This document shows positions 37,178 to 50,700 of a DNA stretch of 64,000 nucleotides, piece by piece. This DNA comes from an uncultured virus (IMG/VR IMGVR_UViG_3300005680_000002) (lineage: Duplodnaviria; Heunggongvirae; Uroviricota; Caudoviricetes). Location of the stretch: the IMG/VR virus record IMGVR_UViG_3300005680_000002. The stretch is one strand, 5' to 3'. A model generated the notes under the pieces. The model made no database searches. It was given only the letters and a program-made list of their open reading frames with translations, and was not told the origin of the DNA. Each line of letters opens with the position of its first letter. Position 1 is the first letter of the stretch. A program made the position numbers and the translations under genes.

Positions 37178-38773
37178 ATGTACGGATTCAAGCCGGGCGC
37201 CAAGCCCCAGGAAAAGGCGCCGCAAGGCAAGAAGATCGAGGGTCCGGGCAACGGCACATCGGACAGCATCAAGACCGACATTCCGAAGGGCAGCTACATC
37301 ATGCCCGCGGACTCGACGCAGCAGATCGGCCAGAAGGCGTTGGGCGAGCTCGGCCAGCCGGTGCCGGTCAACGTGAGCAATGGCGAGTACCAGATGCCGC
37401 CCGAGCAGGTCCACGCCGTCGGCGTCCAGGCGCTCAACCAGATGCGCGACGCCACGCACACGCCCGCGCCCGCGGGCTTCAAGCCGCAAAATGACGGGCT
37501 CTACTTTGCCGACGGCGGATCGCCGGCCGAAGAAGAGCGCAAGCGCCTGGCCGGGGCAGGCCCAAGCCCGCAGATGGGCGCTGTCGCGCTGGGCAACGAG
37601 CGCAGGGCCGAACGCATGAGCGGCGAGGGCATGTACGGCAAGGCGAATGCGGATGTCGGCGGGGCGCTCAATTACCTGAACCGCGGCGACCCGGTGAAAG
37701 ATGCAGCAAGCGCCGTAGGCGGATTCTTCGCTCGCTCAAGCGATCAAGCGCGCCTGGCCGACTACGGCAACACCGGAACGCCTTCGCCCATTGCGGCGAC
37801 GCCTGCCGCTGTGCCGACTCCGCCGGCTGCTGTCGGCGCCACGGAGCTACCCTCCACGAAGGGGCGCACGGATTACGGCTTCACGCCCGACCCCGGGCAA
37901 GGCCCGGCCCCCGGTATGAGCATGCGCCCCACGTCTGCCGAGGGGATCAACCGCATCGACAACGCCCCGGGGCTCAAGAGCCCGCTCTTCACAAACCTGC
38001 CGACCGGCGAGGCGATCTCGGGCATGCAGGGCGGAACGGTCAATACCGTGCCTGCCCTCAAGGCGCCGGCAGCGACGCAGCAAGCTCCGCAGCCCGCTGG
38101 GTTCCAGCCTCCCCAGCAGCAAAGTCCTGCGGTAGGTATGATCGGCAATAGCGACGCGGCACGCCGAGAGCGCGAGGCGCTGGTTCGCGCTGCCAGTACG
38201 CCGTATCGAGGCGCGCAGAGCGGGCAGCTCACCGCGAACCAGCTACGCACCCTTGCCGGGCTTCAGGAAGGCGAACAGCGCGCCGCAACCGAGGCGGCAA
38301 ACCAGCAGGCCGCTACCGAGCGCGCAGCGATGCAAGAGGCAGGCGCGAACAGCCGTGCGTTGTCGCGCGACGAGATTGACCGTCGCCGCGCCGACACGGA
38401 ATCGGTGCTCAAAGGATTCGAGGCTCGCGGCATGGAGCGCGCGGAAAAGCTCTACGCCGCCTACGAGAGCGCCAAGACGCCGGAGGAGCGCGCAGCCGCG
38501 GCCGAACAACTCCGCGCACTGAGCGGCAAGGAAGCGCCGAACCGCTTCACCGTGGTGTCGGGCGGCCAGGAGATCGACCCGACGACCAACATGGCCGTGA
38601 CTCGCCCGGCGCGCGTGTTCAACAACCAATCCGGGCAGTTCGTGGATCAGCAACCGGGCGCGCAGGCGCTGCCGCCGATCGCCGAGAACCCGGCGGTGCA
38701 GAAGATCATGCAGAATACGGCGCTGTCGCGCGAAGAACGGGCCGCGCAGATCCGCGCCCTTGGGTACAAGTAA
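37178..38773 (+). CDS. Putative internal virion/ejection protein
   Basis: GPGNGTSDSI...VSNGEY motif; low-complexity Ala/Gln/Pro; precedes giant protein. Confidence 0.65.
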   Translation: MYGFKPGAKPQEKAPQGKKIEGPGNGTSDSIKTDIPKGSYIMPADSTQQIGQKALGELGQPVPVNVSNGEYQMPPEQVHAVGVQALNQMRDATHTPAPAGFKPQNDGLYFADGGSPAEEERKRLAGAGPSPQMGAVALGNERRAERMSGEGMYGKANADVGGALNYLNRGDPVKDAASAVGGFFARSSDQARLADYGNTGTPSPIAATPAAVPTPPAAVGATELPSTKGRTDYGFTPDPGQGPAPGMSMRPTSAEGINRIDNAPGLKSPLFTNLPTGEAISGMQGGTVNTVPALKAPAATQQAPQPAGFQPPQQQSPAVGMIGNSDAARREREALVRAASTPYRGAQSGQLTANQLRTLAGLQEGEQRAATEAANQQAATERAAMQEAGANSRALSRDEIDRRRADTESVLKGFEARGMERAEKLYAAYESAKTPEERAAAAEQLRALSGKEAPNRFTVVSGGQEIDPTTNMAVTRPARVFNNQSGQFVDQQPGAQALPPIAENPAVQKIMQNTALSREERAAQIRALGYK

Positions 38774-38786
38774 GGATTGAGGCCGC

Positions 38787-41700
38787 ATGAGCGAAGTTGA
38801 CAAGTTTCTGGACAGCTACGAATCCCCCAAGACCAGCGGCCAGAAACCCGCCGCGCCCGCAGCGAAGCCGGCGAGTGAAGTCGATTCGCTGATGGAGACG
38901 GCGCCCCCGCAGGACAAGGGGTTTCTCGGCCACGCGCGCGACCTTGGCCTCTCCGCAGTCAAGTCGGCGATCGCCGTTCCTGAGACGCTTGTCGGCCTCG
39001 CGGACATCCCGACCGGCGGCCGTGTTGGCAAGTTCCTCGAGAACGAGGGCGGCGCCATCGGTTTCCGGCCGAAGCAGGCCAAGGAGTTCCTGGGCGAGTT
39101 CAACACCGACGCCTACAAGGACCAGCAGCGCCAGTTCCAGGAGGCTGACGGCATCCTGGACAAGACCGCCGTTGCCATTCAGAACCCGTCCCTGATTGCG
39201 AACACCGTTGTCGAGTCGGCAGCGCCGATGCTGGCCGGCGGCGTCGCGGCACGCGGGCTGCTGGCCGGCACGCGATTGGGGCAGGCTGGCGCCATTGCGG
39301 CAGAGCGCGGGGCAACTGCCGCGCAACAAGCGCAAGCCGCAGGCAGGGCAGCTGCCGCGGCCGGTGCGATCGGCGAAGGCACGATGATGGCCGGCGCGCA
39401 GGCCGAAGCCATCCGGCAGGAAACCGATGACGGGCTACTCACCGCCGGCCAATCTGGCGCCGCCGTGGCAACTGGCCTCGCCGGTACTCTCTTCGGCTAC
39501 CTGGGCGGGCGCGTAGCGCAGCGCTTTGGCCTGGGCGACGTCGACACCATGCTCGCCCGCGGCGCGAACCCGCAGCAGGTCGCCAGCGAGATCGCTGCGC
39601 TGCCGGCCAAGAGCATCCCGCGCCAAGTGGTCGAAGGCGCAATCTCCGAGGGCTTCCTCGAGGAACTGCCGCAGTCGATCTCCGAGCAGATCATTCAGAA
39701 CCTCGCCCTGGGCAAGGATTGGTCCGAGGGCGTCGAAGACGCGGCCGTAATGGGCACGCTGGCCGGCATGGCGATGGGTGGCGGTGCGTCGCTCTACAGC
39801 GGCATGACGCGCCCCGAGCCGCAGGATGGCGGGCTGCCGCCGCCGGCTGCCGGCAACGAGCCACCCGCGGCGCCGCCGCAAGGCTTCGCGCCGACTTCCG
39901 AGCGCCCGGTTATTGACGAATCCGCGCTGGGCCGTGCCGGCATCTTCCCGCCCGCGCCCGCGCCGATCATCAACGAGCGCACACTCGAGCCCGCCGCCAC
40001 GCCGTCGCAGCAGATGGGCCTTGACCCCGCTGCCGGCCCGATGTCGGCCGCCGCTGCACTTGCGGTCGATACCGGCGCATCGGCGACGATGCAGCAGGCC
40101 GCGCAGGCCGTCGACCCCGAAACCGGCGAGATCCTGGAGACTGGCGCGCGCGTCCCGGAGCAGAAGCAGGCGACCGACACGCCCGAGCAGATGCGCGAAC
40201 GCCTGGGCTTCATCGAGCAGCAGGCGCGCGTGAATGGCGGCTGGGATCGGCGCACGATCGAAGAGCGCGACCGACTGCAGGCCGAGCTCGCCAAGATCGA
40301 GCCGACTGCCGACCAATCCGGTGCTGCTACCGAAATGGTCGAGCCCGCACCGGCAATCGACGTTTCGGGGCGCACCGACGAGCAGCTCCGCGTTCTGGAG
40401 AACGCTGGGCGCGATGGCTGGCGCGAGGCGGCCGTGGCCGAGATCAAACGCCGAGCGACGCAGCAGCCGGCAGAAACGCCCGTGCCCGCGGTCGAGCCGG
40501 CCGCGCAGGCCGACGTCGAGCAGCAAGCGCCAACCGACATCGCGCAAGCGCCGGCCGCGACCTCGCCCGCCATTGAACTACCGACTCAGACGCCCGCGCC
40601 GAGCCCGCGTAGCGAATCGGCGCAGCCATCCGAGGCCATCCCGCCGGCCACGTCCGAAGGCTGGGACGGCATGACCGCCGAGCAGCGCACCGCCATCCTG
40701 ACCAAGCCGGGCGGATGGGCGACCGCCAAGGGCGGCCTCAACGTCATCGGCAAGAAGATCGCCGGCCAGAACTGGACGAAGATCAACCCGACCACCCGGG
40801 CGACCATCGAGCGCCTGATGCAAGGAGAGCAGACCGCCAATGTGCCCCAGGCTCAACAAGTGGCTCCGCAAGCGCAAGAAGCGGGCGGACAGGAAGGCGA
40901 GGCGGCAGGCGGCGAGCGTGCCGCTCCTTTAGACGCCATTGAGCAGCAGCGCATTGAAAGCGCAACAATAAGCATTTCGTTGACGCCAGAGAGTGCCGCA
41001 GCGACAAGAATTAATAGGAAGATCAACGCAGCGTCGAACCCTGCTGAAAAGGCTCGCCTTCAGGGATATTACGACTTCCTTCTCGGGGCGCCGAACAAGG
41101 CGAAGGATCAAGGGGTGCGCCTAGAGGTTTCGTATCAACAGGGGTGGAGTAAAGGGAAGAGCCTGCGGGAAAACATCCTCAAGGGCAAGCCGTGGTATGA
41201 GACAGATAAACGCCGCGATGGCAACGTCTGGAAGTGGGACATGCAACGTGAAGGCGTGCATATCGCAAGCGGGGAAGCAAAGAGCGAGAAAGCCGCTGAC
41301 CAGGCCATTGAAGACGCCAAGCTTTCCGCGATGGAGTCGCGTGGTGATTTCCAGAAAAAGCAGACATCCAATACTGGATCGGCGCAGCCCAACAAGCCGC
41401 AATCCGCCCAGCCCGCCGCACCAAGGTTCGACAGCCAATCCGGCACGACCCGCACGCAGGCCGAGCGCGATCTATGGGAGAAGGGCGCCGACAGCGAGCG
41501 CACTGAATCCGATGTAGGCGTGACCGCCGGCACGCAAGTTCGCTTCGTGTCGCTGGCCGATGCCGTGGCGACCGTGCGCGAGGCGGAACAGGCTGGCGTG
41601 GCGATGACGCCCTTCCAGGTGCATCAGGCCACCGGGATCCGCGTCGGCGATGCAGAGCGCGTCATTCGCGAGGCACAGGCACCGGCGGCGGCCGCGGCGC

Positions 41701-44700
41701 TGGCGCAGCCCTCCGCTGATGTTGCCCGCCCCGACGAGGGCAAGACGGGCAGAGCCGAAAACCCCGAGTTCACCACGCTGAAGGACCGCGACGGCAAGAC
41801 CGTCACCGTGCGCACCGCCGACCTCTCGAGCACCCGCGAGCGCATGCCCACGTTCACGAAAGAGGGCAAGCGCAGGACGGCATGGATTCACCGCGACAAC
41901 CTGGATCCGACCGGCGAGAAGCAGGCCGAGGGCGCGAAGGAGATGGCGGGGAATCCGCTCTTCAACGTCATCACGACGAAGGACGGAGGGGCGTTTGCAT
42001 CCGAGGGCGCCGCTGAGCGCGAGCTCCGCCGCCTTGGTCTGCAGGATACACACGAGGTCGCCCCGGCAAGCGAGGTCTCGTCCGGCAGCAGCGGTTTCGT
42101 TGTGCGTCGCGCCGATACCGCGAAGAACATGAAGCCCTACGTCACGCAGTTCGTAAAGGACGTGCGAGACGGCAAGGTTCAAATGGAACAGGAGCAGGAA
42201 GGCAATGAACCCGCTGCAGATGGCGCTCAGGATCAAGGCCGAGCGGAAGCAGTACGAGGCGGAAGAGGTGATTCACAACCCGGATCTGCACCAGCAGATT
42301 CTGGAAGCGTGGCGCCGCGACAGTCCGAAGATGGTCGCCCGGCTGGAGAAGCAGGGGATCCTGGACGATCTGGCGTTCGTGTGCCAGGAGCGGATGTGGC
42401 GCGCAGCGAAGGACAACCGAAGGGCCGGGCTTCCGGTGACGGACGCGCGCGAGCAGGCGGAGCGGGATCACCTGATGCTGGAGCCGGAGGAGCCGGAAGC
42501 GCTGGAGACCTGGGCGGAGTAAGCTCGCCCGCCGCAACGTCGGCGCAGGCGCGGGATCTGCACGTCGACAACCCGCTTGAGATCGTCGGCGGCTCGCCGG
42601 TTCAGCGCTTCAACCGCAACCGCGCCGCGCTCGAGCTGCTTCAGACGCTGACCGAAGAAGGTCGTCAAGCTACGCCGGAAGAGCAAAAGGTGCTCGCCGG
42701 CTACATCGGATGGGGATCGTTCGGACAGGAACTGTTCCAAGGTTCGTGGGAGCGCCCCGTCTACAAGGACGAGGGCATCTGGAAGGAGCGCGGCCAGTGG
42801 CTGCGCGACACCTTGGGCGAGTCCGCCTGGAAGTCCGCCCAGCGCTCGATCACCAACGCCCACTACACCGACCCCCCGACCGTGCTTGCCATGTGGGACA
42901 TGGTGCGCCGCATGGGCTTTGATGGCGGCAAGGTGCTGGAGCCCTCCATGGGCACCGGCAACTTCTTCAGCATGATGCCGGCCGACCTGAAGGCTCGCAG
43001 CCAACTGACCGGCATCGAGCTGGACGAGACAACGGGCGCGATCGCAAAGCAGCTTTTCCCCCGCTCGAACGTGCGGATCATGGGCTATCAGGACTCGAAG
43101 ACGCCTGACGGCTTCTACGATCTGATTATCGGGAACTGGCCCTTCGAGAACACGCCTGTTGCCGATCGCCGCTACAACAAGCTGAACCCGATGCTTCATG
43201 ACTACTTCTTCCTGAAGACCATGGATCAGGTTCGCCCAGGCGGAATCGTGATCGGCATCACGTCCGCAGGCTCGATGGACAAGCAGAACACCACGATTCG
43301 CCGCGAGCTTGCCAAGCAGGCCGAGCTGGTGGCGGCAATCCGCCTGCCGTCCGGTGCATTCGAGGAGTACGCCGGCACGAAGGTGGTGACCGACATCGTG
43401 GTCCTGCGCAAGCGCCCGCAGCGCCTCGTCGCTACCCCGAGCGACGCGACTTGGGTGGAGACGGGCGACTACAAAACGCCAGCCGGCGAGACGATCAAGG
43501 TCAACCGCTACTACCTGGACAACCCGCAGAACATCATCGGCACGCTGGACTTTGGCAGCGGCACAAACACGTTCCGCGCCGGCATGATCGTGCGCCGCCC
43601 CGAGAACATGGCCGAGCAGTTGCAGAAGGCGATTGAACTCGTGCCGCAGGGCGCCATGCTGCCGCGCGGCAAGGTCGATCACCTGACCTACTACGCCAAC
43701 GAGACCGGCGAGCGCCACGGCGCGCTGGCGCTCGTGAACGATCGGCTGATGATCGCTGTCGGTGACCAGTTGGTCGAGGCCAACGAGGCGCGCAAATACG
43801 CGCTGAAGGACGCCAAGAAAACCGCCGTGCGCGAGCAGCAATTGCGCGCCGCAATCGACCTTCGCAAGAAGCACGCCGCGCTCGTGGATGCCGAGCGCGG
43901 AGGCCGGCCGGCCAACGATGCGCGCAAGGCGCTGCGGGGCGCATACGACGCCTTCGTGAAGGCGCACGGCGGACTGCGTGACTCGTTCGCGCTCGAGTAC
44001 CTGGAAAGGATCAACGACCCGTTCTTCGCTGAGCTCGCCGCCCTGGAGAACGACGACGGCACGCCGGCTGCGGTCATGGAGCGCAGCACTACGCGAGGGC
44101 GCCGCACGCTCGATAACCCGAGCGTGCGCGACGCCTACGTGCTCGCGCGCAACCAGTCGGTGAATCCGAGCGTGGCCGAGGTCGCGCGCCTCGCCGGCAA
44201 GTCCGAGCAAGCCGTCAAGGCCGAACTGCTGGGCAGCGGCGCCGTGTTCGAAGCGCCGAATGGCGACGTGGTGCCGTCCGACATCTACCTGTCGGGCAAC
44301 GTCCGCCAGAAGCTGCGCGAGGCTCAGGCCGCGCTGGACGATGGCAACGCCGCGATGAGTGCAAACATCGCCGCGCTCAAGGAGGTCATGCCCGAGGATG
44401 TGCCGTACTTCAACATCGAGACGCAGTTCGGCGCGACCTGGGTGCCGAATGAAGCCTACGCGCAGTACATCGCGCACATGCTGGGGCAATCCAGCCCGAA
44501 GGGCATTGAGGTCTCGTTCCGCGCCGGCCGCTGGAAGGTGAAGATGGAGCCGGGGCTGAGCCGAATCCCCGAGGCCGCCGCCAACTACGGCACGCCCGGG
44601 TATCCGTTCAGCCGGCTGGTGCAGGCAGCCATCAGCAATCAGGTGCTGCGCCTGACTTCGAAGGACGAGAACGGCAACGACGTTTACGACGCAGAGCGCA

Positions 44701-47700
44701 CCGAAGAGGCCAATGCGCGGATCGCCAAGATCCGCGAGGACTTCGGCGCGTGGCTGTGGAGCGACCCGGAGCGCCGACAGGATCTGGAGCGCGAATACAA
44801 TGAGGCGCGCAACGCCTGGGCGACGCCAACCTATGACGGCTCCTTCCTGACTTTCGAGGGCATGGCGCTCACGCTGGGCAACGGCGCTTTCCAGCTTCGT
44901 CAGCACCAAGTCAATGCGATCTGGCGCGCGATCGTGAACCGGCGCAGCATCAACGCGCACGAGGTCGGCACCGGCAAGACCTTCACGATGGGCGGCATCG
45001 CCGTCGAGTCGCGGCGCTACGGCATCGCCAAGAAACCGATGCTGCTGGCGCACAACGCCAACAGCGCGACCGTGGCGGCTGAGATTCGGATGATGTACCC
45101 GTCGGCGCGCGTGCTCTACGTCGACAACCTTCAGGGCGACAAGAAGGAAATTCGCCTGCGGCAGATCGCCAACGACGATTGGGACGTTATCGTCGTTCCG
45201 CACTCGCTCATCAGCAACCTTGCCTTGCGCGAGGAAACGATGATGCGGATGGCCGAGGACGACATCAAGGCGCTGGAGGCCGAGTTCTTCGATGCCGCCC
45301 GCGAGGACAACATCAACCCCGAAACGATCGACCTCGACGACGACGAGGACATCGCCAAGATTCGCTCCGTCACCGCCAAGGAGCTCGCCAAGGCCCGCAA
45401 GCGCATCATCGAGAACATCAAGAAGCAGGCGCAGAAGTCGAGCAAGGAAGGCGCGATCGCCTTTGAAGACCTGGGCGTCGACATGATCCTGGTGGATGAG
45501 GCGCACGAGTTCAAGAAGCCGCCCATCGTCACCCGCATGAAGATGAAGGGGCTCAATACGCAGGTCTCGAACCGCTCGATTGCGCTGCAGTTCCTGACCC
45601 GCTACGTGCGCCAGATGAACAACGGCGGCAACGTCCACACCTTCACCGGAACGCCGATCACAAACACGATCACCGAGATTTACCACCAGATGCGGTACGT
45701 GATGGAGGCCGAAATGGAGCAGGCAACCATCGCAGATTGGGATGGCTGGTTCGGCTCGTTCGCCGCCGAGGTCCAGGATGTCGAGCTCACGGCGGCCGGC
45801 GACTACGAAATGGTCTCGCGCCTTGCGGGCTTCGTGAACGTGCCTGAGTTGCGCGCGATGGTCGGGCAGTACATGGACACGGTGTTCGCCGAGGACATGC
45901 CGGAGATGCGCCCGCGCAAGGTCAATGGCAAGGAGCTCTCAGACTCCGCGCTGACCGAGGCCGAGCGCGCCGAGCTGTTGAACGGGCGCACCGAGGGCGC
46001 CAAGGACCGCCCCTACAAGAAGGTCATCAACGACTCGGCCGATATGACCGCCGAGCAGATGGGGATCTTCACCCGGCTCCAGCAGTACGCGCGCGAGTGG
46101 CGGGCGGCCACCGGCAAGCAGAAGAAGGAATGGATGCGGGCGGGCGATGTGCGCTCGCCGATCATCACCGAAGGGATCGCGAACAAGGCGAGCTTCGATG
46201 TGCGCTTGCTGGACGACGAGGGCTTTGCAGGGCAAGAGGGCAGGGTGCCCGACGAGCCGACGAGCAAGGCCAGCCGCGTCGTCAAGAACGTGCTCGAGAT
46301 CTACAACAGCCACGCGAACGCCAATCAAGTCATCTTCTCCGAGAACGGATTTGGCAAGAGGGCCACCCGCAGCGCGGGCGTTCATGACGGCGAGAAGCAG
46401 AAATTTACCGTGCCCGTCTTCGCCACGATGCACGACATCGTTGAGCGACTGGTTCAGGGCGGCATTCCGCGCGAGCAGATCGCTATCGTGGATGGCTCGA
46501 CCAGCAAGGAGCGTCGCAAGGAAATCGCCGAGGCGATGAACGCCAGCACGATCCGCGTCGTGATCGGCTCGACGGACACGCTGGGCGTGGGCGTGAACAT
46601 GCAGCGCAATCTGCGCGCCATGCACCACGTCGACGCGCCCTACATGCCGGGCGAACTGGAGCAGCGCAACGGCCGCGGGCTGCGCCAGGGCAACCAGTGG
46701 AACACGGTGCTCGAGTACCGCTACATGACCGATCGGCTGGACGGCAAGCGCTGGCAGATCCTCGCGGTCAAGCAGCGCTTCATCAACGCGTTCATGAAGG
46801 CTGCCGCCGGCACCCGGGTGATCGAAGGCGAGGCCGCAGCCGACGAGCAGAGCGACATCCTGGAGTCCTTCTCCGAGGCGGCCGGCGATCCGCGGATTCT
46901 GCAACGCGTCAAGATGCAGAAGAAGCTGGAGACCCTGAACCGCAAGGAGCGGATGTACACGCAGGGCATCGCCGACATGCGCCGCCAGGAGCGCAGCAGC
47001 GCGGAACTCGCCGATCGCCTGACTCGCGAGCTCAAGCAATTGGCCGACAGTCGCACGCAAGCGAACGTCGAGGCGCTGATCGCAAGCCAGCAGCAGGCGT
47101 TTGCGGCAACCATCGACGGCACGACCTACGACACCCGCAAGGATGCCGCCGATGCGCTGCAGGCGTTCATCGAGGCGAACGTTCGCATCGGCGACAGCCT
47201 GAAGACGGTCGGCGAGTATGCCGGCCATTCGCTGCGCATTGAGTGGCCGCGGCACATGGACGCCCCGGTCACGCAGATCGACGCCTTCGGGCAGGAGTTC
47301 GCCGGCAAGGGCATTGCGGGCGCCGAGGCGAAGATGCGCAACTTCCCGTCGGTCATCGAGAACAAGGCCAAGCGCCGGGACATGGAGCGCTCAACCGCCG
47401 AGAACATGCGCGCGGCGATGAATCAGCCCTTCGCCCAGGCGGCGGACCTGGAGCGAATCACCAAGCAGCTTCAGGATCTGGAAAAGGATCTCGAGATCAA
47501 CCCGGTCCCACCACCGGCATGGCTACGCCAGGGTGCGCCGATCGACTCCGAGGTCCACCGCAACAAGCGGCCGTACATCGTGACCGGCCACCGCTACAGC
47601 AAGGAGGGCTGGTTCGTCATCGCCGAGGACGACAAGGGCACAGTCCTGATCCCGTACATGGAGGCGACCGACGAGGTTGGCATGCCCATGTACGAAGAGC

Positions 47701-50700
47701 GCGAGTTTGTGCCGCCGGTCGTGATTGAGAAGGAGAAGGAGGGCGCCGCGCCCGCAGATGCGCCGGCCGATGTTGTTGTCGACCGCGCCGCGCAGTTCGC
47801 CCCCGCCAACCCGCTGCGCAACGCCGATGGCACCTTCGCGCGCCAGGATCCGGCTGGCGACTCGCTGGCTTTCTCGGCGACGTTGCCGCGCGATCGCAAC
47901 GCAGTGCGGATCGGCATCACCGAAAAGGGGCTGGTGCGCGCGATGCGCCTGCAGTTCGATGGCCTCGCCGACGTCACCAGCAAGCTGCTGGAGCGCGGCA
48001 GGGCCGGCAAGCGCGGGGGCGTGATCGTGGTCGGAACGGCCGACAATGCCGAGATCGGCCGCATTGTGGCCGAGCGGACCGGGCGCAAGCTGGATTCGAC
48101 CATGCGCAAGTTCTCGAGCGCTGGGCGGCTCAACGGTTTCTACGACCCCAAGACCGGCCTGACCTTCCTCGTGGCGCCGAACCTGAACCCGGTCACAGCC
48201 ACCGCGGTGATGCTGCACGAGATGATGCACGGCCAGCAGCGCCAGAAGATCGACGCGCGCGCGCTGGAAATGGTCCGCAACCGGCACGGCCTGAAAGACG
48301 AGGATCTGCGCGCCTTCCTCGATCGCGTGATGCTGCGCATGATCGGCGCGGGCGAAGTGGGCAATGCCGCAGAAGCCTCCGCCTACATCGTGGAGCAAGC
48401 GGTGATCGAAGGCCGTAGCGCCGGCTACACCTTCGCCGACGGCGCCTTCATGCAGTGGGTGGACGCGAAGATTGGCAAGCGCGTGGGCGACTTCCTGCGC
48501 TCGTTCGCCGGCATGATCCGCACCTGGATGCTGCGCAACGGGCTGGGCGCGAAGGCGATGACCGTGGATGACTTCGTGGGCTACGCCATGGCCGGGCTTG
48601 ACCGGGCGGCCGCGGGCGAGGTGCGCGGGCGGGCGAATGCTCAGGCGAGCATCGGATCGCGCGCCCCGCAATCCGAAGCCTTCCGCCGCTGGTTCGGTGA
48701 CTCGAAGGTCGTCGATGAGCGGGGGCAGCCGCTCGTGGTGTATCACGGCACCCAAGCGGACTTTTCTGTTTTCGATGCCAGTCGTTTAGGTGAAACAACA
48801 TCAGCAAAAAGCGCAAAAAATGGATTCTTTTTCGCAAGCAACCCCGACGTTGCAAGTACGTATGCGTTTCTTGATCGCGAAAATATTCGCAGAGCAAATG
48901 AAATAAAGCTGCTCATCAAGGAAAACATTGAGGCTGGTCTTGTCCTAAGAAGGAAGGATAAAGAAAAAGCCCTTGACGCCATCGAAGATAAAGATGGCTT
49001 CAGGAGAAATCTGCTCGCAAGGCAAGAAGAAATTGAAAGGCGTATATCAGAACTAAAAAAAGAGCAGCAAGACGCCGACAAAAAAGACCTCTATGAATGG
49101 GATTCTCTTGCTGAAGATAGCGATAGGGAGCGAAAATTTCTCGCCACGCGAATTAATGGAAGTGTTGTCTACCCGGTGTATCTGTCAATCCAAAACCCGC
49201 TATACCACGAGTTTTCTGGTGGTACGTATCGAGATGAGACATACGCATCTCTAGTTGAAAGGGCGATCAAAAACGGGAATGATGGGCTAGTGCTGCGCAA
49301 TACGACAGACTCTGCAACAGGTCATGCGCACTCATCTCCTACGACTGACATATTCGTTGCCTTCCGCCCAGAGCAGATCAAGTCCGCCGTGGGCAACAAT
49401 GGCGACTACGATCCGGACAACGACAACATCCTGTTCAGCCGCTCAGTCGGCGACGCGCCTGCACAAGAAGCGCAGCGCGTGCAGTCTGCCATCGAGGGCA
49501 AGACGCTGATCGAAGCGGCGCAGTTCTTGACGCGCTCGAAAGACGGCGCGAAAGCGGCCGTTGCGCAGAAGGTGCTGGAGAAGTTGCAGCGCCTGGAGAA
49601 AGCCGGCGTTACGCTCGACCTGAAGATTGTCCACCGCGGCGACATGGCCCCGGCGAGCATGGTGAATGCGCGCGGCTACACGGAGACCGGATTCGATGAG
49701 AAGGGCCGCGACATCGTTGTGTGGCTCAACGGCGCGGACGTGACCGGCAAGGTCGGCACGGAAGAAGAGGTGTTGCTGCATGAACTGGTGCATGCCGCCA
49801 CGGCCGGCATGGTGTTCCATGGCACGCAGACACCGGGCTCGCTGGCCGGCAAGCATGCGCGTGACCTGATGGCCGTGACCGATGCGATTGCCGAGCACAT
49901 CCGCAAGCGCTTCGACGCCGCAGACGCCGGCAAGGCAACGCTGACCGAGTTCGAGCAGGACATGCGCGAGGGCGCGAACAACGCCTTCCGCAGCGATGAC
50001 GAGGTGCTGGCCTGGGCGCTGTCGAGCGGCGAGGCGCAAGCCTACCTCGAGACGATCCCCTATCGCTCGGGCTCGATGTGGTCGAACTTCGTTCAGGCGG
50101 TGCGCAACCTGCTGGGCTTGAGCGCGCGCAACGACACTGCGCTGTCTGAGGTGCTGCGCGTGGCCGAGCGCATCCTGACCGACGACGCCCCGAATGCCGG
50201 GCGCGCGGCGTTCTGGCACAAGCGCAACATCAGGATGGCGCAGCAGCAGATACGCGGCAGCATTGTGCAGACTGCCGAGCGTGGCGCAGATGACTTGCAG
50301 TTCAGCCGATCCGGCCTCGAAAACGCACAGCAGGCCGCCAAAAACATCGGCGCTGGCCTGAAGGCGATCACGGTGCAGGACGTGAAGAGGGCCGGCAAGC
50401 ACAGGCTGACCGACTGGCTCAAGTTGGGCCTGCAGTTCCTTGGCCGTCGGCAGATCGTGGATGTATACGGCGACGTGCTGCCGCTGGCCGAGTACGATCG
50501 GCTCGCTGCGCAGATGGAAGCCGACAAGAACGATGTGGGTGCGGCTGCCGACGAGCTCGCCCGCCGCTGGGGAAAGCTGCCCGATGAGGGCAAGTTGGCC
50601 GACTTGATGCACGACGCCACCTTGGCGCAGATCGACGCAGATTCCGCCGTCGAGTACGTGCCAGGCGACGACCTTGCCAAGAGCCGAGCGCTCAAGGCGC

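Noticed and set aside
42468..45686. 1072-aa minus-strand ORF (also 49443-52001, 26043-27800, 13237-14682 and similar)
   Set aside because: Antisense shadows of high-GC3 genes; no motifs or RBS
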